From: an uncultured Bacteroidota bacterium
GTDB lineage: Bacteria > Bacteroidota > Ignavibacteria > UBA10030
DNA: 64,000 nucleotides
Assembly (NCBI GenBank): GCA_963770945.1
Contig: CAVYRP010000010.1
Span: 33,190-97,189, forward strand
Direction of reading: 5' to 3'
The notes below the pieces were generated by a model. It saw nothing but the letters and a program-made list of their open reading frames with translations, was not told the DNA's origin and did not search any database. Shown here in pieces: positions 33,964 to 42,187 of this stretch (its first letter is position 1; every line of letters begins with the position of its first letter). The position numbers were made by a program, and so were the translations under genes.

Positions 33964-34876
33964 TTATAATCTATCTTTCAATTGACTGGTTAAAAAAGAT
34001 CTATTAATAAATTCCAGCCAAAGTGGAATTAATGACTGAATTTTTTCCAGGCTATTCTGCATTGTTTTTTCATTGATAGCTAGGGATATTGCATATTCCT
34101 TGAAATCATTTGATGTCAAATTTCGTCTTTTTCCCATTTATAGTTAATGCGGTTTCATCCATATCTTCCGGCATTACAAGCTTCGTAGCAACAAGGTCGT
34201 ATGCCGGTGTAAGTACTATTGAACCATCAAGTTCACGGATCAAAGAATAATTCTTTAAATGCATATCAGCATTCCCCGTAAGGAAGGAAAATAATGTTAC
34301 CTCAAATAATGCTAATGCATCGAGTCCTGAATTATCTGAATATTTCCTGACTACCTTGCCAATTTGCTCCATAGAACCCTTGTATTTATCCTCAGTCAGG
34401 CGTTCTGTCAATTGACACATATCTTCCATAGCAAGTTTTTTGTTTTCCTTGCGATCGATTCGCTTAGTTATGTATGCAAGTTCACCAGATTTAAGTCTTA
34501 TAAGGCTATGAGAAACCGTTTTAATTTTAGCAATTTCCGCAAGATGCATGGTCAGATCTTCTATTTCAGGCAGTTCCAGATACTGATCCGATGGTGGTTT
34601 TAAAACATAGCTGCCCCATAGACTAACTATAGTAAAACGCGTATCTTTTTTTGTTTTCTTATATGTTTCTATGTCCATTGATAATTTGGCTTGTACACCT
34701 GTAACCGTCGCGCTGCTTCGTATTACCTCATTTGCCAGTTCATACATCTGATCAAGCGAATAGGGTAATAAAGGCGCTTCTGTTGTACCAAACAATCTCT
34801 TACTACAACGGGCATGAAAATCGATCTGGTCCGTATCGAGCGGTTTATAACAAGCCAGGCATTTGTTGTTTGTCAC
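33964..34876 (-). pseudogene. hipT: HipT/HipA-family Ser/Thr kinase toxin lacking the HipA N-subdomain, C-terminal frame break
   Basis: VTGVQAKLS (P-loop-like), LTGNADMHLKNYSL (catalytic), and an N-terminal CxxC..H..C knuckle. After ..LTINGKKTK the frame breaks (TTT where TT is expected, near 34112). The other frame gives LTSNDFKEYAISLAINEKTMQNSLEKIQSLIPLWLEFINRSFLTSQLKDRL*, with the stop at 33964-66. Confidence 0.8.
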
Positions 34877-34879
34877 TTG

Positions 34880-35212
34880 TTAGCTCCCTTTTTCTGTACC
34901 ATCAATTACACTTACTGCTCCTATACAATCCTTACAACAAGAGAGCAGCAAACCCATGCGATCTCTTCGATCTAGTTTCCAGTTTTTCTGTGCAATATCA
35001 AGCAGCCATCCTTCCGGGATTAGTCCGTCAAAAAACGGCAGCATCGTTTTACTTGTGAATACTTCTTTTCTCAGCGGTAATCTCAGACTTATTGGTTGAG
35101 CATCTTGATGCTGCAAATACGACTCATCATACTTGAATGAATATCCTGCTTCATCCTCTACAAGCGATCCTGCATAATGATCGGCATAGTATACTTTTGC
35201 CTTTCTACTCAT
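34880..35212 (-). CDS. hipS: HipS-like protein (stand-alone HipA N-terminal subdomain)
   Basis: 110 aa. ..LPFFDGLIPEGW.. motif of the HipA N-terminal domain. Its own stop (TAA) lies 3 nt before the kinase GTG start. Overlaps hipB by 8 nt. Confidence 0.75.
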   Translation of the reverse strand: MSRKAKVYYADHYAGSLVEDEAGYSFKYDESYLQHQDAQPISLRLPLRKEVFTSKTMLPFFDGLIPEGWLLDIAQKNWKLDRRDRMGLLLSCCKDCIGAVSVIDGTEKGS

Positions 35213-35423
35213 CTCCTTTTTCCTTCTTGTGTTTTACCGGCGCCAATACATGTCCAAAAAGCGCGAGAACTTGATTTACTTTATCCATCCGAAGATTTTT
35301 TTTACCCTGTTCCAAATCTCGTAAGAATCTCAATCCTACTCCGGCTTTCTTGGCGAGCTCATCTTGAGTAAGATTCAAAGATTTTCGACGATTTTTTACA
35401 AACTCGATTAGTAATTGATTCAT
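35205..35423 (-). CDS. hipB: HipB-like XRE-family HTH transcriptional regulator
   Basis: 72 aa. HTH LNLTQDELAKKAGVGLRFLRDLEQGK. Confidence 0.85.
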   Translation of the reverse strand: MNQLLIEFVKNRRKSLNLTQDELAKKAGVGLRFLRDLEQGKKNLRMDKVNQVLALFGHVLAPVKHKKEKGDE

Positions 35424-35451
35424 AAGAATTCCTATGATATTCTAATATCAA

Positions 35452-35553
35452 ATTATACCATATCGGGTATAATGTCAAGTGAAATTTCTAGAAATTATAC
35501 CTTTCCGGGTATAATAACGTAAAATACGCACTATTTATACCCATTTGGGTATA
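35452..35553. promoter_or_regulatory. three TATACC-N6-GGTATA palindromes (putative HipB operators / hipBST promoter region)
   Basis: ATTATACC-ATATCG-GGTATAAT (35452-73), ATTATACC-TTTCCG-GGTATAAT (35504-25) and TATACC-CATTTG-GGTATA (35536-53). Centre spacing is 52 and 30 bp. The first lies 29 nt upstream of the hipB start. Confidence 0.6.
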
Positions 35554-35631
35554 GTTCAAATGTGTTTCAAGTTATTCAGTTGATTTGACAACAACGAGAG
35601 ATATAAGCTTTCAATAGTGACAAACGGATCT

Positions 35632-35860
35632 GGAGTCCCTTCTCCTGTTCATAAACTCTGACACACATCGCAATTCTATAACCGTAAAAAAAATTGCATA
35701 CAGAATTGCGTACAAATAAAGAAAGCATCCGTTAGTAGCGATTGCCTTCTTTGGCAAGAATTGTCTATTTTATTCCATCCTGCCAAAAAACGGCGGGAAT
35801 TTCAATCTTTCAACAAACTTAGCCGCACTTCGTTTTCTAAGTTTGGAAAGACTGGAAGTG
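35632..35860 (-). repeat. copy A of a diverged about 230-bp tRNA-trailer/terminator module (no tRNA attached)
   Basis: Colinear with 45702-45936. Shared blocks are GAGTCCCTTCTCCTG, ATCGCAATT, a 27-nt identical TTGCATACAGAATTGCGTACAAATAAA, TCTATTTTATTC, AAACTTAGC..CTAAGTTT and TGGAAGTG. The terminator hairpin sits at the same place but has a different stem sequence. Confidence 0.6.
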
Positions 35861-35912
35861 TATAGCGACAAACGCAGACAAGCCCGCGTAAACCCTTGAA
35901 GCACCAGAGAGG

Positions 35913-38438
35913 ATGTTAACTATGCGAACGACCCCAAATAAATCCGAAGCTGAGTCGGCGCCATCAAAGCCAGAAAACGCCAAGCCCCCTGACATAGCTT
36001 CTGCATCGGTTCCCGACACGCTCACCACACTCCACGTGAACCCTGACACCGGACTCACACACCCGGAGGTAGACGTCCGCCGGAAGGAGAACGGTTACAA
36101 CGAAGTGGCTGAAAAAAAAGGGCATCCGGTACTCATGTTTCTCAGCAAGTTCTGGGGCTTGTCGGCGTGGATGCTTGAGTTGATCATGGTGCTGTCGGCA
36201 GTGCTCGGAAAATATTCTGATCTCGTTGTGGTTGGTGCACTGCTATTTGTCAATGCCGTGTTGAGTTTTATGCAAGAGCACCGAGCTGCTGGCGTCGTCG
36301 AAACGCTTCGGCGAAGGTTGCAGGTCAGCGCGAGAGTGTTGCGAGATTCAGGTTGGCAAGTCATTCCCGCCCGGGAATTGGTTCCAGGTGACATTGTCCG
36401 TGTGCGTCCCGGTGACATTATTCCAGCAGATGTGAAACTCCTCACTGGAGGATTGAGCGTTGACCAATCAGCTCTCACTGGTGAATCGAAGGACGTTGAC
36501 AAATCCTCCGGTGACGTACTCTCGTCGGGGTCCGTTGTACGCCGAGGAGAAGGCAACGGTGTAGTCATGCTGACCGGGGCGAAAACTTACTTTGGACGCA
36601 CCACCGAACTGGTACAACAAGCGCGACCGAAACTCCACATCGAAGCTGTAGTGGCGAAGGTCGTCCGTTGGCTCTTTGTCATCGTTGGCGCGCTTCTCGC
36701 TGTGGTGATCGTGCTGTCTCTGATCCATGGCGCGCCGCTTCTGGAGATGATTCCACTGATGCTCATTCTATTGATGAGCGCGGTGCCGGTCGCTCTTCCT
36801 GTTATGTTCACAGTCAGCATGGCCGTCGGTTCGAAGGAACTGGCCAAGCGCGGCGTGCTTGTCACACGCCTCAGCGCTGCAGAGGATGCCGCAACAATGG
36901 ACGTGCTCTGCGTGGATAAGACGGGCACAATTACAATGAACCAACTGGCCGTCACCAGTGTGATTCCGCTTGAACGCGCGACGGAAGCCGATGTGTTATT
37001 CGCTGGCGCACTCGCGTCGCAAGAGGCTAATCAGGATCCAATTGACCTCGCGTTCTTAGCCGCGGCAAAGGAGCGGCACATTTTCTATAACATTCCCAGC
37101 GTTACAACCGTCTCCTTCACACCGTTCGATGCAAAAAACCGGCGCACGGAATCTGTGGTTGAACAGAACGGGCAGCGTTTTCGTGTGATGAAAGGCGCCA
37201 TGCGAACTATCGCCGAGGCCTGTGGACTACAACCGCCGGCGGTCGAAGCGTTAGAGGCGCGGGTCAGCGAATCGGCACTAAAGGGATATCGGACGCTAGC
37301 GGTCGCACGCGGTCCTGAGACGGGCACCTGCGCATTGCTCGGATTGGTGACGCTCTATGATCCACTCCGGCCGGATGCCAAACAACTTATCGCCGAACTC
37401 CGGGACTTGGGCGTACCTGTAAAAATGCTCACCGGAGATGCGTTAGCAGTCGCGAGTGAAATCGCGCGCGGAGTTGGATTACCTAATATCCGGCGCGTGG
37501 CAGATCTAAAGGCCACAAGCGCAAAAGCTGGTAACGAGGCAGTTGACTTGTTGGCGGATGCCGATGGTTTCGCTGAGGTGTATCCGGAGGACAAGTACAT
37601 CGTGGTACAACACCTGCAAGCCGCAGGACACGTGACCGGTATGACCGGCGATGGAGTCAACGATGCGCCAGCGTTACGTCAAGCTGAAGTCGGTATCGCT
37701 GTCAGCTCCGCAACCGACGTTGCCAAAGGTGCCGCGAGCGTTGTCCTAACCGAACCGGGGTTAACGAACATCGTGGAATTGGCCGAACAGGGTCGAACAA
37801 TTTACCAACGCATTCTGACGTGGATCATCAACAAGATCAGCCGGACAATTCTGAAGGCTGCTTTCGTGGCAATCGCATTCGTGGTAACCGGTAAATTCGT
37901 TGTCTCTGCTTTTGCGATGCTCCTTCTGGTTTTCATGACGGACTTTGCTAAGATCTCCCTTGCCACCGATCACGTTCGGCCATCCAAGAAACCGGAAACA
38001 TGGAACATCGGAGGATTCATCGCGGTATCCGTGGTGCTTGGTATCGCGATGGTTTTGGAGACGCTCCTCCTCTTGTGGATCGGTTGGTCGCATTTCGGTT
38101 TAGCAACCAACAACAATGCCCTCTATACCTTCAGCTTTCTTATGCTGCTATACTTTGCCGTATTCTCAATCGTATCTGCTCGGGAACGCCGTTGGTTCTG
38201 GGCGACGCTGCCCAGCAAGACGTTCCTGTTAGCCCTCGCGGCCGATGCACTCACGGGCACCGTCCTAACATTCGTTGGTCTCCCGGGACTCATGCCATTA
38301 CCCTGGTGGCAGACGCTCGCGATATTTGTTTATTCCATGGTGGCGTGCCTTGGAGTGAACGACGCTGTGAAGGTCGCAATGATAAAATGGCGCGTTCCTA
38401 ACGCCGTGGCAAAGAAACCAATCGAGGTGATCCCTTAG
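35913..38438 (+). CDS. P3A-type (plasma-membrane H+-ATPase-like) P-type ATPase; compositionally foreign
   Basis: 841 aa. Motifs TGES, CVDKTGTITMNQL, MLTGD, GDGVNDAPALRQAEVGIAV, VLTEPGL, and an N-terminal GLT..EV..R...GYNEV. Hand-counted GC is 62% (36001-60) and 65% (37201-60), against 23-27% in flanking lines. ATG 35922 has better SD spacing (AGAGAGGA) than 35913. Confidence 0.9.
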   Translation: MLTMRTTPNKSEAESAPSKPENAKPPDIASASVPDTLTTLHVNPDTGLTHPEVDVRRKENGYNEVAEKKGHPVLMFLSKFWGLSAWMLELIMVLSAVLGKYSDLVVVGALLFVNAVLSFMQEHRAAGVVETLRRRLQVSARVLRDSGWQVIPARELVPGDIVRVRPGDIIPADVKLLTGGLSVDQSALTGESKDVDKSSGDVLSSGSVVRRGEGNGVVMLTGAKTYFGRTTELVQQARPKLHIEAVVAKVVRWLFVIVGALLAVVIVLSLIHGAPLLEMIPLMLILLMSAVPVALPVMFTVSMAVGSKELAKRGVLVTRLSAAEDAATMDVLCVDKTGTITMNQLAVTSVIPLERATEADVLFAGALASQEANQDPIDLAFLAAAKERHIFYNIPSVTTVSFTPFDAKNRRTESVVEQNGQRFRVMKGAMRTIAEACGLQPPAVEALEARVSESALKGYRTLAVARGPETGTCALLGLVTLYDPLRPDAKQLIAELRDLGVPVKMLTGDALAVASEIARGVGLPNIRRVADLKATSAKAGNEAVDLLADADGFAEVYPEDKYIVVQHLQAAGHVTGMTGDGVNDAPALRQAEVGIAVSSATDVAKGAASVVLTEPGLTNIVELAEQGRTIYQRILTWIINKISRTILKAAFVAIAFVVTGKFVVSAFAMLLLVFMTDFAKISLATDHVRPSKKPETWNIGGFIAVSVVLGIAMVLETLLLLWIGWSHFGLATNNNALYTFSFLMLLYFAVFSIVSARERRWFWATLPSKTFLLALAADALTGTVLTFVGLPGLMPLPWWQTLAIFVYSMVACLGVNDAVKVAMIKWRVPNAVAKKPIEVIP

Positions 38439-38522
38439 ATTGCCAAGCGTACCTATACTGTTCGATCAGCGAGGCCGTCAAGACGGTCAAGCAGTTGAGG
38501 ACTGGGGGCAGGCATTTTAATT

Positions 38523-38966
38523 TCATTTATTTGCTCGGGCAACTATATAAACATATCGTAATGTATCTGTTCCTGTGTTTATTACATCATGCTCAGTATT
38601 TGGCGGACAGTAGGCAACACAGTATGAGCGCAAATATAACGTAGACCCTTCAATAATTCTCATTTCGCCTGTTCCCGCTAATACTACTATAGCCTCTTCG
38701 TTATCTTTCGTGCTGTGTCTTCCTACTGATTTTGAAGGAGCGAGCACCATATATCCTGCTCGCATGGTAATAGTCTCAGGTGGACCATTAAGAACTTTGA
38801 CTGAGTCAGGTGAAATTTTGTCGAGTGTGATTAATTTCGATATTAGTGTCATAGAATTCTGCTGTGCATAAGAATAAAGTGATAAGGCAATTAAAAATAT
38901 GATTAATGCAAATAAGATCTGAGATAGCTTGTTGTACTTTTTCATTATTATATTTTCCCTTAACAA
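38523..38966 (-). CDS. secreted cupin-domain protein
   Basis: 147 aa. Signal/TM segment (ILFALIIFLIALSLYSYA). Cupin motifs G..H.H...EE..VVL.G.G and ..PPNTEHDV.N. Confidence 0.65.
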   Translation of the reverse strand: MLRENIIMKKYNKLSQILFALIIFLIALSLYSYAQQNSMTLISKLITLDKISPDSVKVLNGPPETITMRAGYMVLAPSKSVGRHSTKDNEEAIVVLAGTGEMRIIEGSTLYLRSYCVAYCPPNTEHDVINTGTDTLRYVYIVARANK

Positions 38967-39001
38967 GAAGATTTAATTTTGATTTCTTACATATAACATT
39001 A

Positions 39002-40813
39002 TTATAGCGTCCAATTGATTCCAACAGAAAGAGTTCTCCCTGGCATGGGATAACCGAGAATGGTCTGATAACTTTTATCGAGTAAATTATCGGCAGAGAG
39101 ATTCGTAGAAAATTGTGAAGACGCATGAATAGAGACTTTCGCGCCAATGTTGGTATAATCCCTAAGCAGATTCTGGCTGTTGTCACTACCATACATTCCT
39201 GCGACATGTTGAATTGAAAGCGAAAATGTGGCACTTCGGTAAGTATAGTCACCGCCAATGAATAATTTGTGCTTTGGGACTGAGCGGGTTTCCTTCTCCG
39301 GATCGATAAAGCTGTATGAAGTCTGAAGATGCAAATCATTTGATACAAAAGCAGAACCAGAGAACTCAACGCCGCGATGAACAAAGGAACCTGAATTCGA
39401 TAGTGTCAAATTCGGATAGACTCCTTGGGTAAGAATGATATTCTTTCCTTCGCTGACGAATCCTGTAATATCCAGCGAAATTCTTCCAGCTAAAGTCTGA
39501 GAAATTCCGAATTCATAGTTCCACATGTTTTCCGGTTTTAGTGTCGGGGTTGGAGCGGGAAAAAGATATAATTCCCGAATAGTTGGGCTGCGAAATCCTT
39601 TTCCGACTGTCGTTCGTACCGTTGTTTCATCTGTCAGTTTATATGCTGCGCCGATCTGAGGAATGATAACTCCACCAAACAATTCATTGTTATCATATCG
39701 TAAGCCACCATTCAAAACAAGCTTTTGAAAGAGTGTATGCTGCATATAGGTATAGAAAGCATATTCATACACAGAAGGTGAACCGTAATCTATTGAATTA
39801 TCGTGCCCCTTACCCCCGAATTTATTCATATCAATACCAACAGTCAGCGTGTTATTCGGAAAGAGCGAAAGAGTTTGATATAGAGATGCTACGGCTGCAA
39901 AGTCATTTGATACCCATGTCGTGTAAAGTTCATGATGACCAAAGTTGTAAGCAAACCTGAAAGAACCCTTAGATACTCCAAAATCATTATCGACCGAAGC
40001 TCCTACATATCCGCGTTGAATATCCATCCAATTATTAATTTTTGGTGCTGAGATGGTTCCGGGATCATATGTCTTGAATTTTGTCAGACTGCCATCAACG
40101 GTCACCGTGTATTGGTCATTCAGGTGGTAAGAAGATTTGAGATAGCCACTATTGGCATTAAATTCAGACCATGGACGGAATCCATCTGTTCGTTCGTGAG
40201 TGAACGAAACGATGGTGGTTGATGAACCTGTCTCATATCCTATGTTTGCGCCAAGATGTTGTGAATCATAGCTTCCATAGGAAAGCATTACATTGCCGGA
40301 TACTCCCGGGAGTGTTGCACTGCGAGTAATGAAATTAATGACACCACCCATTGCATTTGAACCATACATCAGCGATGCGGGACCGCGAATAATTTCAACA
40401 CGCTCAATATGCGCTGAAAGATAACTGTCAGCTACGGGATGTCCCATCAATCCCATATATTGCGGCCGTCCATCGATTAATGTGAGAACATCGGTATTAG
40501 GATTGCCTCCCACACCCCGAATAGAGATTTGTCCGGCTGGAGTGTTCACGCCGAATCCCAGAACACCGCTTTCCTGAACGAATACTCCGGGGACTTGTTG
40601 ACTTATAAGAGAGAAAACGGACTTCTGCTGGTTTTGCTGTATTGTCTCCTGTGAAATTACGCTGATAGACGGTGAGACCATACTTCGAGCAACTTCGGTG
40701 CGTGTTGCTGTGACTGTTATCGGGTCAAGATTATACGTCTTTGCTGTATCTATCTGCGCAAAGAGGAATGCAGGAATAAGTAATAGAATAATTGTAAGAA
40801 TAGTTATTTTCAT
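39002..40813 (-). CDS. TonB-dependent outer-membrane receptor (candidate Ni/Co uptake, NikR-linked)
   Basis: 603 aa. Signal peptide, plug region (DPITVTATR.., IEIIRGPASLMYGSNAMGGVINFITR) and a long beta-barrel. Directly downstream of nikR. Confidence 0.9.
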   Translation of the reverse strand: MKITILTIILLLIPAFLFAQIDTAKTYNLDPITVTATRTEVARSMVSPSISVISQETIQQNQQKSVFSLISQQVPGVFVQESGVLGFGVNTPAGQISIRGVGGNPNTDVLTLIDGRPQYMGLMGHPVADSYLSAHIERVEIIRGPASLMYGSNAMGGVINFITRSATLPGVSGNVMLSYGSYDSQHLGANIGYETGSSTTIVSFTHERTDGFRPWSEFNANSGYLKSSYHLNDQYTVTVDGSLTKFKTYDPGTISAPKINNWMDIQRGYVGASVDNDFGVSKGSFRFAYNFGHHELYTTWVSNDFAAVASLYQTLSLFPNNTLTVGIDMNKFGGKGHDNSIDYGSPSVYEYAFYTYMQHTLFQKLVLNGGLRYDNNELFGGVIIPQIGAAYKLTDETTVRTTVGKGFRSPTIRELYLFPAPTPTLKPENMWNYEFGISQTLAGRISLDITGFVSEGKNIILTQGVYPNLTLSNSGSFVHRGVEFSGSAFVSNDLHLQTSYSFIDPEKETRSVPKHKLFIGGDYTYRSATFSLSIQHVAGMYGSDNSQNLLRDYTNIGAKVSIHASSQFSTNLSADNLLDKSYQTILGYPMPGRTLSVGINWTL

Positions 40814-40825
40814 GATTCTGATGCC

Positions 40826-40882
40826 TTTCTTTGTAATCTGAGAGATTTTGTCATTATGTATAGCACACTGATTACAAAGAAA
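40826..40882. promoter_or_regulatory. perfect 13-bp inverted repeat TTTCTTTGTAATC-N31-GATTACAAAGAAA in front of the TonB receptor gene
   Basis: Arms at 40826-38 and 40870-82, read directly. On the minus-strand mRNA the start-proximal arm (40838->40826) adjoins the purine-rich AAAGAAAGG 13 nt before the ATG. Confidence 0.45.
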
Positions 40883-40950
40883 CGGAGTGGTAGGAAGTCC
40901 AAATAATAGTTTTAATGCACATCACAGGGGAACGTGTAATTTGAGAAGTG

Positions 40951-41379
40951 CTACTTCCCATGATGATGACCCTTCAACGCCATGGTAAGCGTCAGCTTGC
41001 CATGTTTCACACCTTTGAAGCTTAGAAGTTTTTCTGCTATGGCTTTCAGTACTATCGCCTTTCCTTTCAATAATACAACTTCCATGCAATGATCGTGATC
41101 GACGTGAACATGTGAAGTCGATATGATGTTTTCATAATAATCATGCTGAATATTGGAGAGAGATTTTTCCAATTCGCGCTTATGATGATCATATACAAAC
41201 ACCAATGCACCGTATACCATACCGTCCGGTGTTTTCACACTTTCTTCAACCAGCGTATCCCGCACAATATCGCGGACTGCCTCTGACCGGTTGGTATAAC
41301 CTTTTTGCTCAATGAGGTGGTCAAATTGGTGGAGTAGATCCTCCTCCATCGACACGCTAAATCGGACAAGTTGTTCCAT
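40951..41379 (-). CDS. nikR: nickel-responsive regulator NikR (ribbon-helix-helix + metal-binding domain)
   Basis: 142 aa. RHH N-terminus VRFSVSMEEDLLHQFDHLIEQKGYTNRSEAVRDIVRD. His/Cys-rich HVHVDHDHCMEV and a C-terminal HHHGK. Confidence 0.85.
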   Translation of the reverse strand: MEQLVRFSVSMEEDLLHQFDHLIEQKGYTNRSEAVRDIVRDTLVEESVKTPDGMVYGALVFVYDHHKRELEKSLSNIQHDYYENIISTSHVHVDHDHCMEVVLLKGKAIVLKAIAEKLLSFKGVKHGKLTLTMALKGHHHGK

Positions 41380-41390
41380 GGTATTCTCCG

Positions 41391-41417
41391 TGTTACGATT
41401 TAGATAATTGTAACACT
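41391..41417. promoter_or_regulatory. inverted repeat GTGTTAC-N13-GTAACAC immediately upstream of nikR (candidate autoregulatory operator)
   Basis: Arms at 41391-97 and 41411-17. Lies 12 nt upstream of the nikR start codon. Confidence 0.4.
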
Positions 41418-41523
41418 CTTTTTACAAGGAATCAAGAGGTGATTTCATCTTTTCGAAAGAAAGCATTGGAACAATTTTTGAATTACTCACGTCTATTTTT
41501 ATACAGTAGCAAGGAGTCATTTG

Positions 41524-41844
41524 ATGATTATTACAACCTCAACTCAGAGAATAGAACTCGAAGACGAAGAAAAAACTTATATCGATTCTATTTCACACAG
41601 GCTTTCCGAACGGTTCCAGCATGTTTTCTCCCTCCGATGGAAATTGACCTCAGAGAAGTCAAATATCATTGTAAAATGTCTGGCACACTCTCAAAGCGGA
41701 TATTTTCAAGCTCAAGCTACAGCTGACAAACTCAAGTTTGCTGTAGATCTCGTATTCGACAAGATTATCACTCAGCGAAAAAAGAAACGGAACAGAATTT
41801 ATCCACTTCGATCTGAAATCAAGCCGAGTGCATTTCTGTACTGA
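41524..41844 (+). CDS. possible ribosome hibernation factor (HPF/YfiA-like), weak call
   Basis: About 106 aa. The beta-alpha-beta-beta-beta-alpha-like pattern (IELEDEEKTYIDSISHRLSERF .. ATADKLKFAVDLVFDKIITQRKKKRNR) resembles short HPF. Judged from memory only. Confidence 0.4.
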   Translation: MIITTSTQRIELEDEEKTYIDSISHRLSERFQHVFSLRWKLTSEKSNIIVKCLAHSQSGYFQAQATADKLKFAVDLVFDKIITQRKKKRNRIYPLRSEIKPSAFLY

Positions 41845-41906
41845 AGTAGCAGGAATGTCACACTGAGAATGGAATCACTTCTCTCTGTGCAAGAGCTAGA
41901 GATTTT

Positions 41907-42173
41907 ATGAATCAAGATTTATGGATAGAAAGTTGTTTCGTACTTGTTGTAATAAGCAGTGTAATTATAGCTCGCATCAAAAGGGATTATTTTTCCAGAG
42001 GAATGGCTATCGCATTTATTACTGGTATTTTTGGAATCATTGCAATTATATTTTCACCTTCCAGTAAAGCTCGCATAAACGATGAACATGATATCCACGG
42101 TTGGCCGTCCAATGCACATTTTGCTGTTATCACACAATTTTTATTTGTATTCCTATTTCTTATTATAGGTTGA
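41907..42173 (+). CDS. small hypothetical membrane protein
   Basis: 88 aa with three hydrophobic segments. No family recognised. Confidence 0.35.
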   Translation: MNQDLWIESCFVLVVISSVIIARIKRDYFSRGMAIAFITGIFGIIAIIFSPSSKARINDEHDIHGWPSNAHFAVITQFLFVFLFLIIG

Positions 42174-42187
42174 GCGGTTATACCTGA

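Noticed and set aside
35837-38401. Many long ORFs antisense to, or in alternative frames of, the ATPase gene (35837..36058, 36095..36568, 36468..36728, 36587..36955, 37085..37327, 37355..37660, 37761..38093, 36668..36919, 38000..38401)
   Set aside because: These are the expected artefact of more than 60% GC sequence, where stop codons are rare. Their peptides are low-complexity (R/S/P/A/T-rich) with no motifs, and the sense frame carries every P-type ATPase signature.
38806-39384. 192-aa ORF overlapping the cupin gene start and the TonB receptor gene end
   Set aside because: It sits in an alternative frame of two well-supported genes on the same strand. The peptide is hydrophobic/low-complexity without motifs, and it uses a non-ATG start.
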